From positions 32,001-96,000 of IMG/VR virus record IMGVR_UViG_3300047585_000133: a stretch of 64,000 nucleotides of DNA. One strand, 5' to 3'. A program made the position numbers and the translations under genes. This stretch comes from a virus. Every line of letters starts with the position of its first letter. Position 1 is the stretch's first letter. Positions 26,716 to 36,642 of the stretch are shown piece after piece. The notes beneath the pieces were generated by a model that ran no database searches, was not told where the DNA came from, and was given only the letters and a program-made list of their open reading frames with translations.

Positions 26716-26880
26716 TCAGTGTTCTCCTGGCACTTCGGTGTCCAGATTGACGGTGACCGCGATTATGCTGTCGCACAGCAGCACGCGCAGGATGCCTTCC
26801 GCGTCGGTTGCCCCGCATTTCACGCCGTACGCGGCCAGCTTCTCTGCCAGCGATGCGATCTCCTGTGCTAGTTCGCTCAT
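26716..26880 (-). CDS. leaderless small protein
   Basis: ATG 6 nt after TAAGAT. Confidence 0.6.
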   Translation of the reverse strand: MSELAQEIASLAEKLAAYGVKCGATDAEGILRVLLCDSIIAVTVNLDTEVPGEH

Positions 26881-26889
26881 GGATGCATC

Positions 26890-26909
26890 TTATCAAGAAA
26901 AGCCGTAAT
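26890..26909. promoter_or_regulatory. 19-bp motif inside a bidirectional promoter
   Basis: TTATCAAGAAAAGCCGTAAT with -10 hexamers at both ends. Confidence 0.75.
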
Positions 26910-26918
26910 GTATAGCCT

Positions 26919-27302
26919 ATGAGACGCACCGTCAGCGCAGCCAAGGTCCAGTGGGAAGTCCAGGACCTCCGCGAGCAGCTCGTCATCGCTCAGGCCGAGC
27001 TGGTCAAGACAGAACGGGTCATCCGCGAGATCGTGCGGCACCCGCGCAACAGGGCCGGGGTCTTCGGAGCAGGGGACGCTCCTCTCTACACCGACCCGGC
27101 CAGGGCGGTAGACGCACTGCGCGAAATGGGCCGGCTCGCCTACCTGGTCTACCCGGGCCGGAAGAACCGGATTAAGCCGGGAGTGCTGCTGCGCCAGTAC
27201 GAGGGCAGGATCACGGCAGTAGTGAGCCTGGAGGGCCGGCTGGAAGCACTGGAGGCCGCGCTGCGCGAGGCCGGGGTGAACCTGGACGTACTGCCCGGGT
27301 AG
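26919..27302 (+). CDS. leaderless hypothetical protein
   Basis: ATG 7 nt after TAATGT. Confidence 0.7.
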   Translation: MRRTVSAAKVQWEVQDLREQLVIAQAELVKTERVIREIVRHPRNRAGVFGAGDAPLYTDPARAVDALREMGRLAYLVYPGRKNRIKPGVLLRQYEGRITAVVSLEGRLEALEAALREAGVNLDVLPG

Positions 27303-27342
27303 TTCTAGCCCTGCTTCCGGCCGGTCTTCATGAGCCCCTCCC

Positions 27343-27585
27343 TCAGGCGTATGCGATCCAAGCGGCCATCGGCGCGGTACCTGGCTCCGGGCCGTACCAG
27401 ACGACGATCCGGATGTTCGTGACCGGGCCAGTCTGGATGCCCTCTTCCAGGCAGTTGCCCAGGACGGCGTTCGCGAACTCCTCGGGGTCGTCGTCATAGT
27501 CGTCGTTCGTGCCGGTCATGTCGTCGACAGGCACCCAGGTCTGGTCGTCGTCGGTGGCCTCGACTGCGTAGGTGAAGGTCGTCAC
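27343..27585 (-). CDS. leaderless acidic protein
   Basis: GTG 7 nt after TAAGCT. Confidence 0.7.
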   Translation of the reverse strand: MTTFTYAVEATDDDQTWVPVDDMTGTNDDYDDDPEEFANAVLGNCLEEGIQTGPVTNIRIVVWYGPEPGTAPMAAWIAYA

Positions 27586-27595
27586 GAGAAGCAGC

Positions 27596-27615
27596 TTATC
27601 AAGGAAAGCTGTATT
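27596..27615 (-). promoter_or_regulatory. 19-bp motif in promoter spacer
   Basis: Minus strand CTAGAC-AATACAGCTTTCCTTGA-TAAGCT. Confidence 0.75.
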
Positions 27616-27629
27616 GTCTAGCGCCAGGT

Positions 27630-28097
27630 CTAGAACTGCTCAGGGTCGTAGATAACATCCGGGTGAAAAGGGATCTTGCGGCCTGTCACCACCGGGTCAC
27701 CGGAGTAGTCCACGGGCGGCTCCGGCGGCATCCTCCCGCCGAGCATCAGCACCTCCTCGGTGACGATCACCAGCCGCCAGCCGTCCTTGTCCAGGTCCGG
27801 GTTCACCTTCACCGGGACGGGGAACCAGTCCCCCGCCGTGGTCTCCCAGCCGGAGCGCTCCCACAAGTCAGCATCCATGTGCAGCAGGTGGCGTACCGCA
27901 GGGTGCATCTCCAGGCGCAGCCCGTCCGGCAGCCGCTGGCCTGGCATCCAGTGCTCGTGCACGTACTCGTTGACGCTGGTGACCAGGTGACGGACCAGCT
28001 GCTGCTCTTTCCTCCAGCCGGGGCAGTCGTGGCCGGTGGACCCCTGGTGGGCAGGATGGGGTTCTTCGTTGCCGCAGCGCGGCCAGGGGATGCTCAC
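27630..28097 (-). CDS. hypothetical protein
   Basis: Coupled ORF. Confidence 0.65.
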   Translation of the reverse strand: MSIPWPRCGNEEPHPAHQGSTGHDCPGWRKEQQLVRHLVTSVNEYVHEHWMPGQRLPDGLRLEMHPAVRHLLHMDADLWERSGWETTAGDWFPVPVKVNPDLDKDGWRLVIVTEEVLMLGGRMPPEPPVDYSGDPVVTGRKIPFHPDVIYDPEQF

Positions 28098-28330
28098 TGA
28101 CCCGGATCCCGCAGCACTAGCCGGCCTTGCATGGCCAGTCTGACCAGCACGTCTTCCCAGTCAGTGCCGCCGATCACCTCGACTCCGAGGACCTGGCCGT
28201 CTGAATCCACGTCGATCATCTCGGAGTCGCTTACCTCAAAGGTCCGGGCCACCTTGCCTTCGCGCAGCTTCGCGTAGCAGGCGTTCACCTGGGGGTCGTG
28301 CCTGAATTCAAGTACCTTCGCTTCGCCCAT
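28094..28330 (-). CDS. DUF2283-like protein
   Basis: DPQVNACY..L...VART......IDVDSDGQVLGVEVI. Confidence 0.75.
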   Translation of the reverse strand: MGEAKVLEFRHDPQVNACYAKLREGKVARTFEVSDSEMIDVDSDGQVLGVEVIGGTDWEDVLVRLAMQGRLVLRDPGQ

Positions 28331-28418
28331 GACAGCAGGCTAACGGACCGGGCAGGGCCTCCCCAGGCTCTTGGTCACTCGGGAGACCGTGCCTTACTGC
28401 ACCGGCCGGAGTACCAGG

Positions 28419-29423
28419 TCACCGGAGAAGAGAAGAACCGCTTGTCGCCCGGTAGCGCAGCATCGCCCAGAACTGGTCGGCCGACGGTGCCGTCCGCAAG
28501 GTCTGGAGATCCTCCTCGAAGAGCACGGCCAGCAGGCCGCGCTGGACTCGCCAGGCTGTGTGCTTCGGCTCAGTGTCTTCTTTCACCCAGTGGTCGCCTT
28601 TGGTCTCTACGGCGATCACTTCTCCGCGCCACTCGCAGATAAAATCAGGCGCGTAGGAACCGCGATCACCCCAGGGAATCTGCTCATCGCCCTCCGGGCG
28701 GCGGCAGCCGATCTCCATCAGGTAGCAGAGTCCCTTGAAGGCTGATTCGAGTCCGTTGAGCTGCTCGTTCGGCCGGGTGTGCTCCTGCGAGCACTTGTCG
28801 GAGCAGTAGCGGCGGTGACCCTGGGATTTCGGGTAGGTGAACTGCCGACCCTCGCGCGGGCAGCCAGGGTTCTGGCATACAGCGATGAGGGTATTGGCGG
28901 GGTCGGCCTGCCGCCTGAGCGCATACTTCTCACGGCACTCGTCAGAGTGGTACTTCTTCGGGTAAGGACTGTAGAAGACCTCGCCGCACGGGCAGGTGGT
29001 CATCTTCCGCTTGTCGGCCCAACGGTCCTTGTTGTCTACGGACCGGGCGCACGTCAGTCCACAGAACCGCTGCGGAGAGTTGACCGGGGCCTCGAATATC
29101 TCCTCGCACGCCGGGTTCTCGCATGACCTCGCCTCGCGAGCGATAACCCGCTTGCGTCCGCCGTGCTGGCCGCCGGAGCCGATCCGGTTTCGCTGGCTTG
29201 CTGCGATCCGCTCGTTGATCTCCCGCTGGTAGTCCTCGCTGCGCCCGGCGTTCGGGTTCCTCGGCCGGGCGGCCAGTTCGATTCCCTCTTCACCGAGCCA
29301 CCGGGAGAGAGTCTGGACGCTGGGACCCAGAAGCTGGCTGATCTCGCTGAGCGACTTCAAGTTCTCGATGTAGAGACGCTTGACCTCGTCGATGTACTGG
29401 CTTTTCTTAGATGTTCTAGACAT
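28419..29423 (-). CDS. free-standing homing-type endonuclease: HTH + Cys repeats + PD-(D/E)XK domain
   Basis: SLSEISQLLG HTH; C..C...F....FC...C repeats; YAPDF...AVETKG. Confidence 0.8.
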   Translation of the reverse strand: MSRTSKKSQYIDEVKRLYIENLKSLSEISQLLGPSVQTLSRWLGEEGIELAARPRNPNAGRSEDYQREINERIAASQRNRIGSGGQHGGRKRVIAREARSCENPACEEIFEAPVNSPQRFCGLTCARSVDNKDRWADKRKMTTCPCGEVFYSPYPKKYHSDECREKYALRRQADPANTLIAVCQNPGCPREGRQFTYPKSQGHRRYCSDKCSQEHTRPNEQLNGLESAFKGLCYLMEIGCRRPEGDEQIPWGDRGSYAPDFICEWRGEVIAVETKGDHWVKEDTEPKHTAWRVQRGLLAVLFEEDLQTLRTAPSADQFWAMLRYRATSGSSLLR

Positions 29424-29516
29424 GAAACACTCACCTCCTCCGTCATCGTATCGGAAGAAGTGAGTGTTATGCAAGCTTGCTAGTCAAGATACACTTAAGT
29501 CATGACTAGCTAAGAC

Positions 29517-30542
29517 TCAGCTTTTCGTGATCGACGCCAGCCCTCTTGGATTGAGCACCGACATAGCGATCATTTCATCGAAGACCCAGCCCTTCCAGAA
29601 CGCCTCGACGTTGTGGTTCTCTTCGACATCCAGGCTGTAAAGAATCGGGAAAACTCCGAGGAAGTTGGGTTCGGGAGCCAGGAAGATCTTCGCCTGGGGC
29701 ACGATGATGGACCGCTGGATCTGGAACTCGCCGAAGGACGTGATGGTCTCGCCGGCGACCACCCGGTCCTTGAACGCCCATCCGGTTTGGTTTATATCCC
29801 ACCGGAACATGTCCCGGTAGTCGAACGGGTTGATCAGGATGCGGGCCGACGGCAGCTCGTGCAGGTCGGTCATGGCGACCGCGCTGTACAGCGAGCCGGG
29901 GGTCAGGTACCCCGACGCCTCGGTGATGTTGTGGTTGGGCGTGACCACGTGGTCCGGGCGGGTGGCGTAGTCGGTGATCGCCGCCTGAAGCAGGACCAGC
30001 AGCCGGGCGTCCTCCTGCTTGAGGATGGCCTGCTTGGTCTCGTCCTGGGCCTGCTCGACGGCGTTGATCCGCAGGTAGAACAGGTCTTCCTTGCGGATGG
30101 CCGGGCGCGACGCGATCCGGAAGAACCGGACCGGGATCCGCTTGCCCTCGAACGGGGTGACCCGGACTTCGCCTTCAGTCCCGGACAGGATGTAGGCCTG
30201 GCCGAGGTCGTCCCAGACGTCGTACTCCACCGGGGTACCGGGGGTGACCGGGTCCTCCACCAGGACGTTGCGGACGATGCCCTGGTACCGGAGCTTCAGC
30301 TGGATCGGCCCGACCATGCCGACACCCAGGCGCCGGAAGCCGTGCATCTCGTCGGAGAGGATCAGGGCCATCTTCCGGACCTTGGCCTCCCTCGTAAGAG
30401 AGACGCCGTTGGTCCGTGCCCGCCGGGCCTCGATCTGGGCGATGTAGTCGTCGGACTTCCGCGAGGCCACGCGGGGCCGCAGGCCGCCGCCCGGAGCCAG
30501 CGCCAGCTGCCCGCCGGCCGAAGTGGTCGCCAGCTCGTTCAT
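29517..30542 (-). CDS. major capsid protein
   Basis: RLGVGMVGPIQLKLRYQGIVRNVLVED..., LNPRG end; follows protease and decoration genes. Confidence 0.9.
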   Translation of the reverse strand: MNELATTSAGGQLALAPGGGLRPRVASRKSDDYIAQIEARRARTNGVSLTREAKVRKMALILSDEMHGFRRLGVGMVGPIQLKLRYQGIVRNVLVEDPVTPGTPVEYDVWDDLGQAYILSGTEGEVRVTPFEGKRIPVRFFRIASRPAIRKEDLFYLRINAVEQAQDETKQAILKQEDARLLVLLQAAITDYATRPDHVVTPNHNITEASGYLTPGSLYSAVAMTDLHELPSARILINPFDYRDMFRWDINQTGWAFKDRVVAGETITSFGEFQIQRSIIVPQAKIFLAPEPNFLGVFPILYSLDVEENHNVEAFWKGWVFDEMIAMSVLNPRGLASITKS

Positions 30543-30594
30543 GGGTTCCCTTTCCTGCGTTCCCGCGTGTTTTCTGTTTCTCGCTGCCCGGTCG

Positions 30595-31224
30595 TCAGAC
30601 CTTGGCCGCAGTCAGGTTGCCGGCGGTGCCGGAGGTGAAGGCGGGCAGGCCGCCGATGGTGAGCTTGGTGCTGGAGTTGACCTTCAGCAGCCGGGCCACC
30701 GGGGAGGAGATCGTGACGCTCGACGACCAGGGGACGAGCATCCCCTGGTTGGAGGTCGCCGTGGACACCCCGACCAGCTCCGAGCCGGAACCGTCCGTCG
30801 GGTCCGTCCACGTCTGGGTGGCGTCGAACGCGGGAGCCAGGATCTCGAACTCCGAGTCGGGGCCCAGCACCCACACCGCGAAGGCGTTGATGCCCGCGTA
30901 GAGCAGCTCGTCGATGCCGTCGCCGCCGACGTACAGCGCACCGAGGCCGTAGACCGGCTGGACGCCCGCTGTCGCCAGGGTGGTGCCGGCGTTGCCCGAG
31001 TAGGCGGTGCCGGTCATCGTCTTGGAGCCCATCTGGGTGGTGTTCGCGCCCACCGGGGCCACCAGGTCGCCGCCGGTCCGCATGTAGCCCATCCCGGGCC
31101 ACAGCGGGATCGCACGGGTCCAGGCCGGGTCGAGGAAGCACGACTTGGGCGTGGCCTGGGTCCAGGAATAGAGCGGGCGAATTGTCCTTTTGACGTAATC
31201 ATTTGAAAGGTACGTTCTGATCAT
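30595..31224 (-). CDS. capsid decoration/cement protein
   Basis: AGGAGG RBS at MIRTYL; KRTIRPLY..TQATP motif; directly upstream of MCP. Confidence 0.7.
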   Translation of the reverse strand: MIRTYLSNDYVKRTIRPLYSWTQATPKSCFLDPAWTRAIPLWPGMGYMRTGGDLVAPVGANTTQMGSKTMTGTAYSGNAGTTLATAGVQPVYGLGALYVGGDGIDELLYAGINAFAVWVLGPDSEFEILAPAFDATQTWTDPTDGSGSELVGVSTATSNQGMLVPWSSSVTISSPVARLLKVNSSTKLTIGGLPAFTSGTAGNLTAAKV

Positions 31225-31412
31225 AGTATGTATGCCTCCTGATACTCGAACGCACTTTCCATGAGAAGAGCGGCCGAATGGTACTCGCCGAGATATAGAG
31301 AGGACGAATCGTCTACCTGAAGCCCAGCCCGGAGCAGCTCGCCGAGGTGATCGCCCTGCTGGAGGCAGCGCAGCAGCGAGCCGCACATCTGCTCGAATAG
31401 CGGGCTGCTCAT
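31221..31412 (-). CDS. hypothetical protein
   Basis: AGGAGG RBS; ATGA overlap. Confidence 0.55.
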   Translation of the reverse strand: MSSPLFEQMCGSLLRCLQQGDHLGELLRAGLQVDDSSSLYLGEYHSAALLMESAFEYQEAYIL

Positions 31413-31475
31413 CTGCTGCCTCCTCTCACCGGGTTCCTGCTATTCCTTCTGGGGCTGCGGACGCAAAAGGCACCG

Positions 31476-31826
31476 TCATGACAGCGTCGTCGTGTTAGCG
31501 GAGAACAGCGCACTCAGCGCCGTGGCCGGGATCAGCGAGTACTCCGCGTCCGAAAGCACCGCGACGGCGCCGCCGGAGTAGCGGATCCCGTTGGGCAGCA
31601 CCACGTTGGACAGGTCCGCCGTGATCGTCACCTGATGACTCACGTCCCCTCCCAGGGAGCCCGTGGAAGTGCCCCCGGCACCCGCCGTCAGAAGTGCCTT
31701 CGCCCCCGCCGTCAGCAGTCCGAACTGATCGTCCGGGAGCGTGAAACCGGCTCCCGCCGCATAGCGGATGCCGTTCGGCATGACAATCGAGTCGGTGCCG
31801 GAGTTGACGACGAGGGAGTAGGTCAT
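31476..31826 (-). CDS. small protein with two VxPNGIRY repeats
   Basis: TGATG coupling to the protease gene; internal duplication. Confidence 0.75.
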   Translation of the reverse strand: MTYSLVVNSGTDSIVMPNGIRYAAGAGFTLPDDQFGLLTAGAKALLTAGAGGTSTGSLGGDVSHQVTITADLSNVVLPNGIRYSGGAVAVLSDAEYSLIPATALSALFSANTTTLS

Positions 31827-34800
31827 CAGTCGAACAGGTCCGAAGCGTCCAGGTCGTCCATGACCGCCGGGGCGTAGGAAGCCGACGCCCCCACCGAGGC
31901 GAGCGACGGAACCGACCGGGACGCGGTGCGCGCCACCGGGCGGGCCGCCTGCCGCTGCTGGACGACCGGAGTCTGCGACAGGACGCTGATCTCCCGCTCG
32001 ATCCAGTCCGTGGGGGTAGAGGCGTCCTTCTCGATTTTCTCGGCTACCGCCAGCTCGTCGCCCTGGGCGAGGCCCGCCTGCACCCGCATCTTCGCCAGCC
32101 GGATGGAGGCGAAGGTGCGGCGGGAGGCGTCGGCTTCCAGAGAGGCGGCCTTCTGGGCACCGGGCTGGCCGCCCTGCTCCCCGCGTGCGTCGAGAATCCA
32201 CGGGAACGCCGCCCCGTTGTCGCCCTGGCCGCCGATCCCCGGACCGTGGGCCTTCAGCGGGTCCGGGTCGATCCGGACGTCGGTCTCGATCCTGCGCTGC
32301 TCCAGCGGGACGCCGCCGTCCTGCGACGGGTTGGTGCCCTGCACCGGAGCGGTCACGTCGACCAGGTTGGTGGCCGGCGGCGTCTGCATCTCCACGCCGG
32401 GAGTGATCGGCGTGGTGGTCATCTGGGCCGGGACTCCCGCGTTGGCGCCCGGGGTGGTGCCGGGGCGGCCCGCGTTGTCCATCGACCCGGGCATCAGGGC
32501 CTGCTCGGTGGTCTCCGCCGGCGGTCCCTCCGGCGGGTCCGGGACCGGCTGGGCCGGGTTGAGGATGTCCGCGTGCTTGCGCATCACCCGGCGGCTGATT
32601 TCAGTCAGCTCCGGGGCGATCCCCGCAGCGGAGGCGAGGAACGAGAGCTGGGCATGCAGGACCTCGTTCTGCACGCTCAGCTCGGCGATCCTCCGGGCCT
32701 GCGCCTGCGCGAGCGCGGCAGCCGTCTTGCTTGCTGGCATGTCCTTGTCCTCTTCCTCGTCCTGTTCGGCCTCAGGCTCTTCCTCGCCGTCGCCAGACGG
32801 GTCTTCTGCTCCTTCCGGGGGTGCCGCTTCGCCCCCGGGGTCTTCCTCGTCGATCAGGTGCAGCGAGGCCATCCCGCAGGCGGGGCACGGCACCCCCGGC
32901 TGCGCGGCGGCGTCGGTCTCGAAGGTGGTGCCGCAGGCCGGGCAGATCAGGTCGTCGCCCGGCTGGTCTTCCAGCTCTCCGGCCGGGTCCTCCGGCGGGA
33001 CGTCGCCTTCGCCTTCGAGGTTCTGCTCTTCCTCCCCGGCTTCCGGGTCGGCGCCAGGATCGGCCGAGGGGTCGGCGAGGGGGTCTTCCTGGGCATCCGG
33101 CGGCTGGCCGTCGGTCTCGCCCGGGTCGCCGCCCTGCACTGTCGGCACGCCGTCGGGGGCGATCTGGTCGGGGTGCACCAGCTGGCCGTCCGCGTCCTGG
33201 CCGCTGCCGACCTGAGCGGCGGGCAGCTGGGCGTCCGGCTGCTGCGCGCCGGGGGCGTCCGGCGGCAGGGTGACGTCGCCAGCGGAGCCGAGCTGGTCGC
33301 GGACCTCTCCGGCCTTGGACGTGTCCGGGTCGCGGAACACCGACGGCGGCACCACGAACCCGCAGACCGGGCAACGGCTGCCGGACCAGACGTTGTGCTC
33401 TCCGCAGACCGGGCACTCGTCCATCCGCAGGGTGTCCACCTGGGCCGGCACCCGGGTCTCCCCGTACGCCTGGACCTGGAGTCCGTTCTGGGACTGGCGC
33501 AGGTGGTCGTCGGGGTGGTACTGCCGGAACCGGCCGCCGCCCTCGATGACGTCGGCGGGACGGGTGCGGGGCAGTCCGGCCAGCCCGTTCATGTCAGGAG
33601 CCTGGGCGTGCCTGGGCGCGCAGTCCCTGCACAGGAACGGGATGAACCGGCTGCGGGACTTCCCTTCCGGATTCGCCTTTCCGGAGAACTGGGCGCCGCA
33701 GCCCGAGCAGTGGCTTCCCTCCTGGCCGATCGACCCTGTCGCCCGGATCTGCTCGATTTCCTGATCCGGGATGTCGTCGACCGTGGGGTAGCTGTCGCTC
33801 CTGGACCTATGAGTGTGCACGTAGAACCCGTTCTTGTCCTTCTTGAGGGCAAGCCCGTCGAATTTCGGATCCCGGCCGTACCCGCGTACCGGCTTCGGCT
33901 GCCGGCCTCTGGGCTTCTTCGAGCGGGCATTCTGGGAGCGCTTCAGGGCGTCTCCGGCTTCCCACGGGCGGATTTTCCCGGTCTCGTAGTGCTCCGGGTA
34001 GTCCATCTCGTCGGAGGCAACCGGGTGGTACTGGGTGCCGCCCTTGTCCATGGGGCGGACGGGCATTCCCTTGACGGTGTGCTCGGCGCCGCCCATGTGA
34101 CCGTAGAAGCAGTCGTTGCACAGGAACGGCATGCTCTGGTGCGGCCAGCTGCCCGACTTCTTATCGGTGTACATCGACCCGAACTCGGTCCCGCAGTTCA
34201 CGCAGTGCGCCGGCCTGGCGGTGACTCCGGCGGTCTTCTTCGACGCGGTGAACGGGTCGGGCGGCATCTGGTGCTCGTCTCCCCTGGGGCTGCGCGGCAG
34301 CGGACGGCCTTCAAGCTGCTCGAACAGGCCGTGCATGTGGTCTTCCACCCGCGAGCGCGCCTGGTCGTACTCCGCCCGGGCCCCGGGGACGGAGTCGTAG
34401 ACCTTCTGCGGGTCAGCCGGGTAGGGGTCGTGACCCTCCCGCTTCATGCCGTCCTCGTGGTACCAGCCGTTCCCTGGCCGGCTCAGTGAGTGCAGGTTGA
34501 TCCTCACCGGGTCGCCGCAGAACAGGCAGTGCGTACCGCCGAACTGAGACGGCGCCATCCGCCCGGACTTGTCCTGCGGGTTCACCGGGTCCGGATCGTG
34601 GTCGTAGTCGCGCGCGCTGTCGTGCTTGAACCTGGGCGGATGACGGGTATTGCCGGGTGTCCAGGCCACCGCATCGCCGCAGTTCCGGCAGGTGTTGCCG
34701 AGGTAGTCGCGGAAGTCGGGCTCGCCTGAGGCGGTCCTGGCGGAAGCAGCCTTGGCCATTCCGCGTGCGTCGGGAGTCCCAAGGACGAAAGCCGAAGGGT

Positions 34801-35440
34801 CAGCCGGATCTTCCACCAGCAGGCTGTTCTCGAAGAACGACAGCCCGGCGCAGACCTCGTGGATCAGCTTCTCTTCCAGCTTGCCGGTCGTCTTGTTCCG
34901 CTGCCGGATCTTCTTGCCCTTCAGGGCCGGCAGGTGCTTGCAGTACTCGGCCGGGGAGGTGGCCTTGTTGCCGCAAGCGGAACAGGTGGACCAGTCCACG
35001 TCCACGCCCATGGAGGTACGGTTGACCCGCCCGGCCAGGACCGCCTTCGCCAGCCTGGGGAACCTGACCGCGTCGACTTCGTGGAGGCCCTCGACCCAGG
35101 TGTCCGGACTGCCGTCGGGGTTCCTGTCGCGGTGCAGGGCGACGGCGACGATGACGCCCCGGGCCCGGCGGTGGTTCTCGTTGTTGTGGTTGACGAAGAC
35201 CGGCTTGCCGAGGAAGGTCTTGTAGCCCTTCTCGATCTCGCCGGCCGGGAACGTGTCGTGGTTGTCGTTGGTCCGGCTGGAGATCATCCGGGACCGCAGG
35301 TACAGGTAGCCGGGACGCGGCTCGTAGTCGAATGTCACCCGGTGAGCGGCTTTGACGATCCTCCGGACACCGCTTCCGGGGTTGCCGGGAACGGCCTGGC
35401 GCCAGGCTTCCAGCACCTCCAGCGACGCGTACTTCCGCAC
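31826..35440 (-). CDS. prohead protease / scaffold polyprotein
   Basis: NDNHDTF, GKPVFVNH, TSMGVDV..CS.CG..YC.H, FFENS.LVEDPAD; acidic scaffold-like C-terminus. Confidence 0.8.
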   Translation of the reverse strand: MRKYASLEVLEAWRQAVPGNPGSGVRRIVKAAHRVTFDYEPRPGYLYLRSRMISSRTNDNHDTFPAGEIEKGYKTFLGKPVFVNHNNENHRRARGVIVAVALHRDRNPDGSPDTWVEGLHEVDAVRFPRLAKAVLAGRVNRTSMGVDVDWSTCSACGNKATSPAEYCKHLPALKGKKIRQRNKTTGKLEEKLIHEVCAGLSFFENSLLVEDPADPSAFVLGTPDARGMAKAASARTASGEPDFRDYLGNTCRNCGDAVAWTPGNTRHPPRFKHDSARDYDHDPDPVNPQDKSGRMAPSQFGGTHCLFCGDPVRINLHSLSRPGNGWYHEDGMKREGHDPYPADPQKVYDSVPGARAEYDQARSRVEDHMHGLFEQLEGRPLPRSPRGDEHQMPPDPFTASKKTAGVTARPAHCVNCGTEFGSMYTDKKSGSWPHQSMPFLCNDCFYGHMGGAEHTVKGMPVRPMDKGGTQYHPVASDEMDYPEHYETGKIRPWEAGDALKRSQNARSKKPRGRQPKPVRGYGRDPKFDGLALKKDKNGFYVHTHRSRSDSYPTVDDIPDQEIEQIRATGSIGQEGSHCSGCGAQFSGKANPEGKSRSRFIPFLCRDCAPRHAQAPDMNGLAGLPRTRPADVIEGGGRFRQYHPDDHLRQSQNGLQVQAYGETRVPAQVDTLRMDECPVCGEHNVWSGSRCPVCGFVVPPSVFRDPDTSKAGEVRDQLGSAGDVTLPPDAPGAQQPDAQLPAAQVGSGQDADGQLVHPDQIAPDGVPTVQGGDPGETDGQPPDAQEDPLADPSADPGADPEAGEEEQNLEGEGDVPPEDPAGELEDQPGDDLICPACGTTFETDAAAQPGVPCPACGMASLHLIDEEDPGGEAAPPEGAEDPSGDGEEEPEAEQDEEEDKDMPASKTAAALAQAQARRIAELSVQNEVLHAQLSFLASAAGIAPELTEISRRVMRKHADILNPAQPVPDPPEGPPAETTEQALMPGSMDNAGRPGTTPGANAGVPAQMTTTPITPGVEMQTPPATNLVDVTAPVQGTNPSQDGGVPLEQRRIETDVRIDPDPLKAHGPGIGGQGDNGAAFPWILDARGEQGGQPGAQKAASLEADASRRTFASIRLAKMRVQAGLAQGDELAVAEKIEKDASTPTDWIEREISVLSQTPVVQQRQAARPVARTASRSVPSLASVGASASYAPAVMDDLDASDLFD

Positions 35441-35490
35441 GGGTTCCTCCCGGTCTGCTCTCCTCTCTTCCGTGGACCCCGGGACGCCCG

Positions 35491-35519
35491 TTGCTCAATA
35501 CAGCTTTTCTTGATATTGT
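35491..35519 (+). promoter_or_regulatory. promoter with 19-bp motif as spacer
   Basis: TTGCTC-AATACAGCTTTTCTTGA-TATTGT. Confidence 0.8.
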
Positions 35520-35572
35520 CATCTCAGCGAACGCAGAGCACTGACTACGCAGGCGAAACTGAGGAGAAGCAG

Positions 35573-36139
35573 ATGGCACTCGTACTCGGATCGGACAAGA
35601 CCGGAACCGGCCTCGCGCAGGAGATCGCCGGACTCGCCGCCGGGCGCCAGCACAACCTGGCCGCCTACCTGGTGGACGGCCTTCACCCTATTAACCCGGC
35701 CCAGGCTGACAGCATCCGCAAGTACCTGGAGGGCCGCCCGCTCCGTGAGACCACTGAGGAGGCGATAGTGGCCAAGGCCGTTCCGCCGGCCCCCCGGTTC
35801 ACCTTCGGCGACATCCCGGCCGGCTTCTACGCCACGTCCAACAAGACCGAGAGCGCCAACGACTACAGCTTCTGGAAGGTCACGGTCTCTGAGAAGAGCG
35901 GCTTCCGGAACGTCAAGCGGGTTATCGGCGGCAGCGCCACACCGCTGCCGCAGCTCGTCATGATCGGGAGGCCCCAGCAGACTGCTGCGCTCAGCGCAAT
36001 CCTCCGGGCGGGGATCGAGACTTCTGCCGCCCTGTACGCGAAGCTGGAGACGCGCTGCTCCGACTGCGGGCGCCAGCTCACGACCGAAAGGTCCCGCGAG
36101 TACGGGAAAGGCGACATATGCAGGGAGAAGAACGGGTGA
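35573..36139 (+). CDS. DUF6011-like zinc-finger protein
   Basis: CSDCGRQLT...S...GKGDIC. Confidence 0.8.
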   Translation: MALVLGSDKTGTGLAQEIAGLAAGRQHNLAAYLVDGLHPINPAQADSIRKYLEGRPLRETTEEAIVAKAVPPAPRFTFGDIPAGFYATSNKTESANDYSFWKVTVSEKSGFRNVKRVIGGSATPLPQLVMIGRPQQTAALSAILRAGIETSAALYAKLETRCSDCGRQLTTERSREYGKGDICREKNG

Positions 36140-36642
36140 GCAGCTGGTTTCAGGTGACATCGGCGCAGGCGGCCGGGGTCATCCTGGGTTTCGCCGTCCT
36201 CGCGCTGGCCATGCCGCGCGAGGACGGCTTCCTCATTCCCGAGTACCGGGACTGGCGGGCGATGATCCGGCGGCGGTTCAGCCGCCGGGAACGGGAACGC
36301 CTGGAGGTCACGGGCGAACTGGAGGCGGCTGCCTTCGTCGCCGAGCTGCACGAGGACCGGGGCAGGCACCGCCTGCCGGAGCCCATGACGGTCAGGGCAG
36401 CTGACCTTCCCAGCCGGAACCGGGTTATCACCACGCTCCTGACGGACGGAGCACCTCCCTGGGAGGAGATCCCGGCTCCGGAGCCCGAGCCGCCGGAACC
36501 CGTGCAGCCGGATCCGCCCGTGAGGAAGTCCAGGCACCAGGGCGACCCGCCGACCATCGTCATCGAGCAGGTTCGGCCGAACATCAGCCGGGGCCTGGGG
36601 ATGTACCTGGCCCGGCTGCCCCGCTACCGGGACGGGGACTAG
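36136..36642 (+). CDS. membrane-anchored hypothetical protein
   Basis: N-terminal TM; GTGA coupling. Confidence 0.6.
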   Translation: MSSWFQVTSAQAAGVILGFAVLALAMPREDGFLIPEYRDWRAMIRRRFSRRERERLEVTGELEAAAFVAELHEDRGRHRLPEPMTVRAADLPSRNRVITTLLTDGAPPWEEIPAPEPEPPEPVQPDPPVRKSRHQGDPPTIVIEQVRPNISRGLGMYLARLPRYRDGD

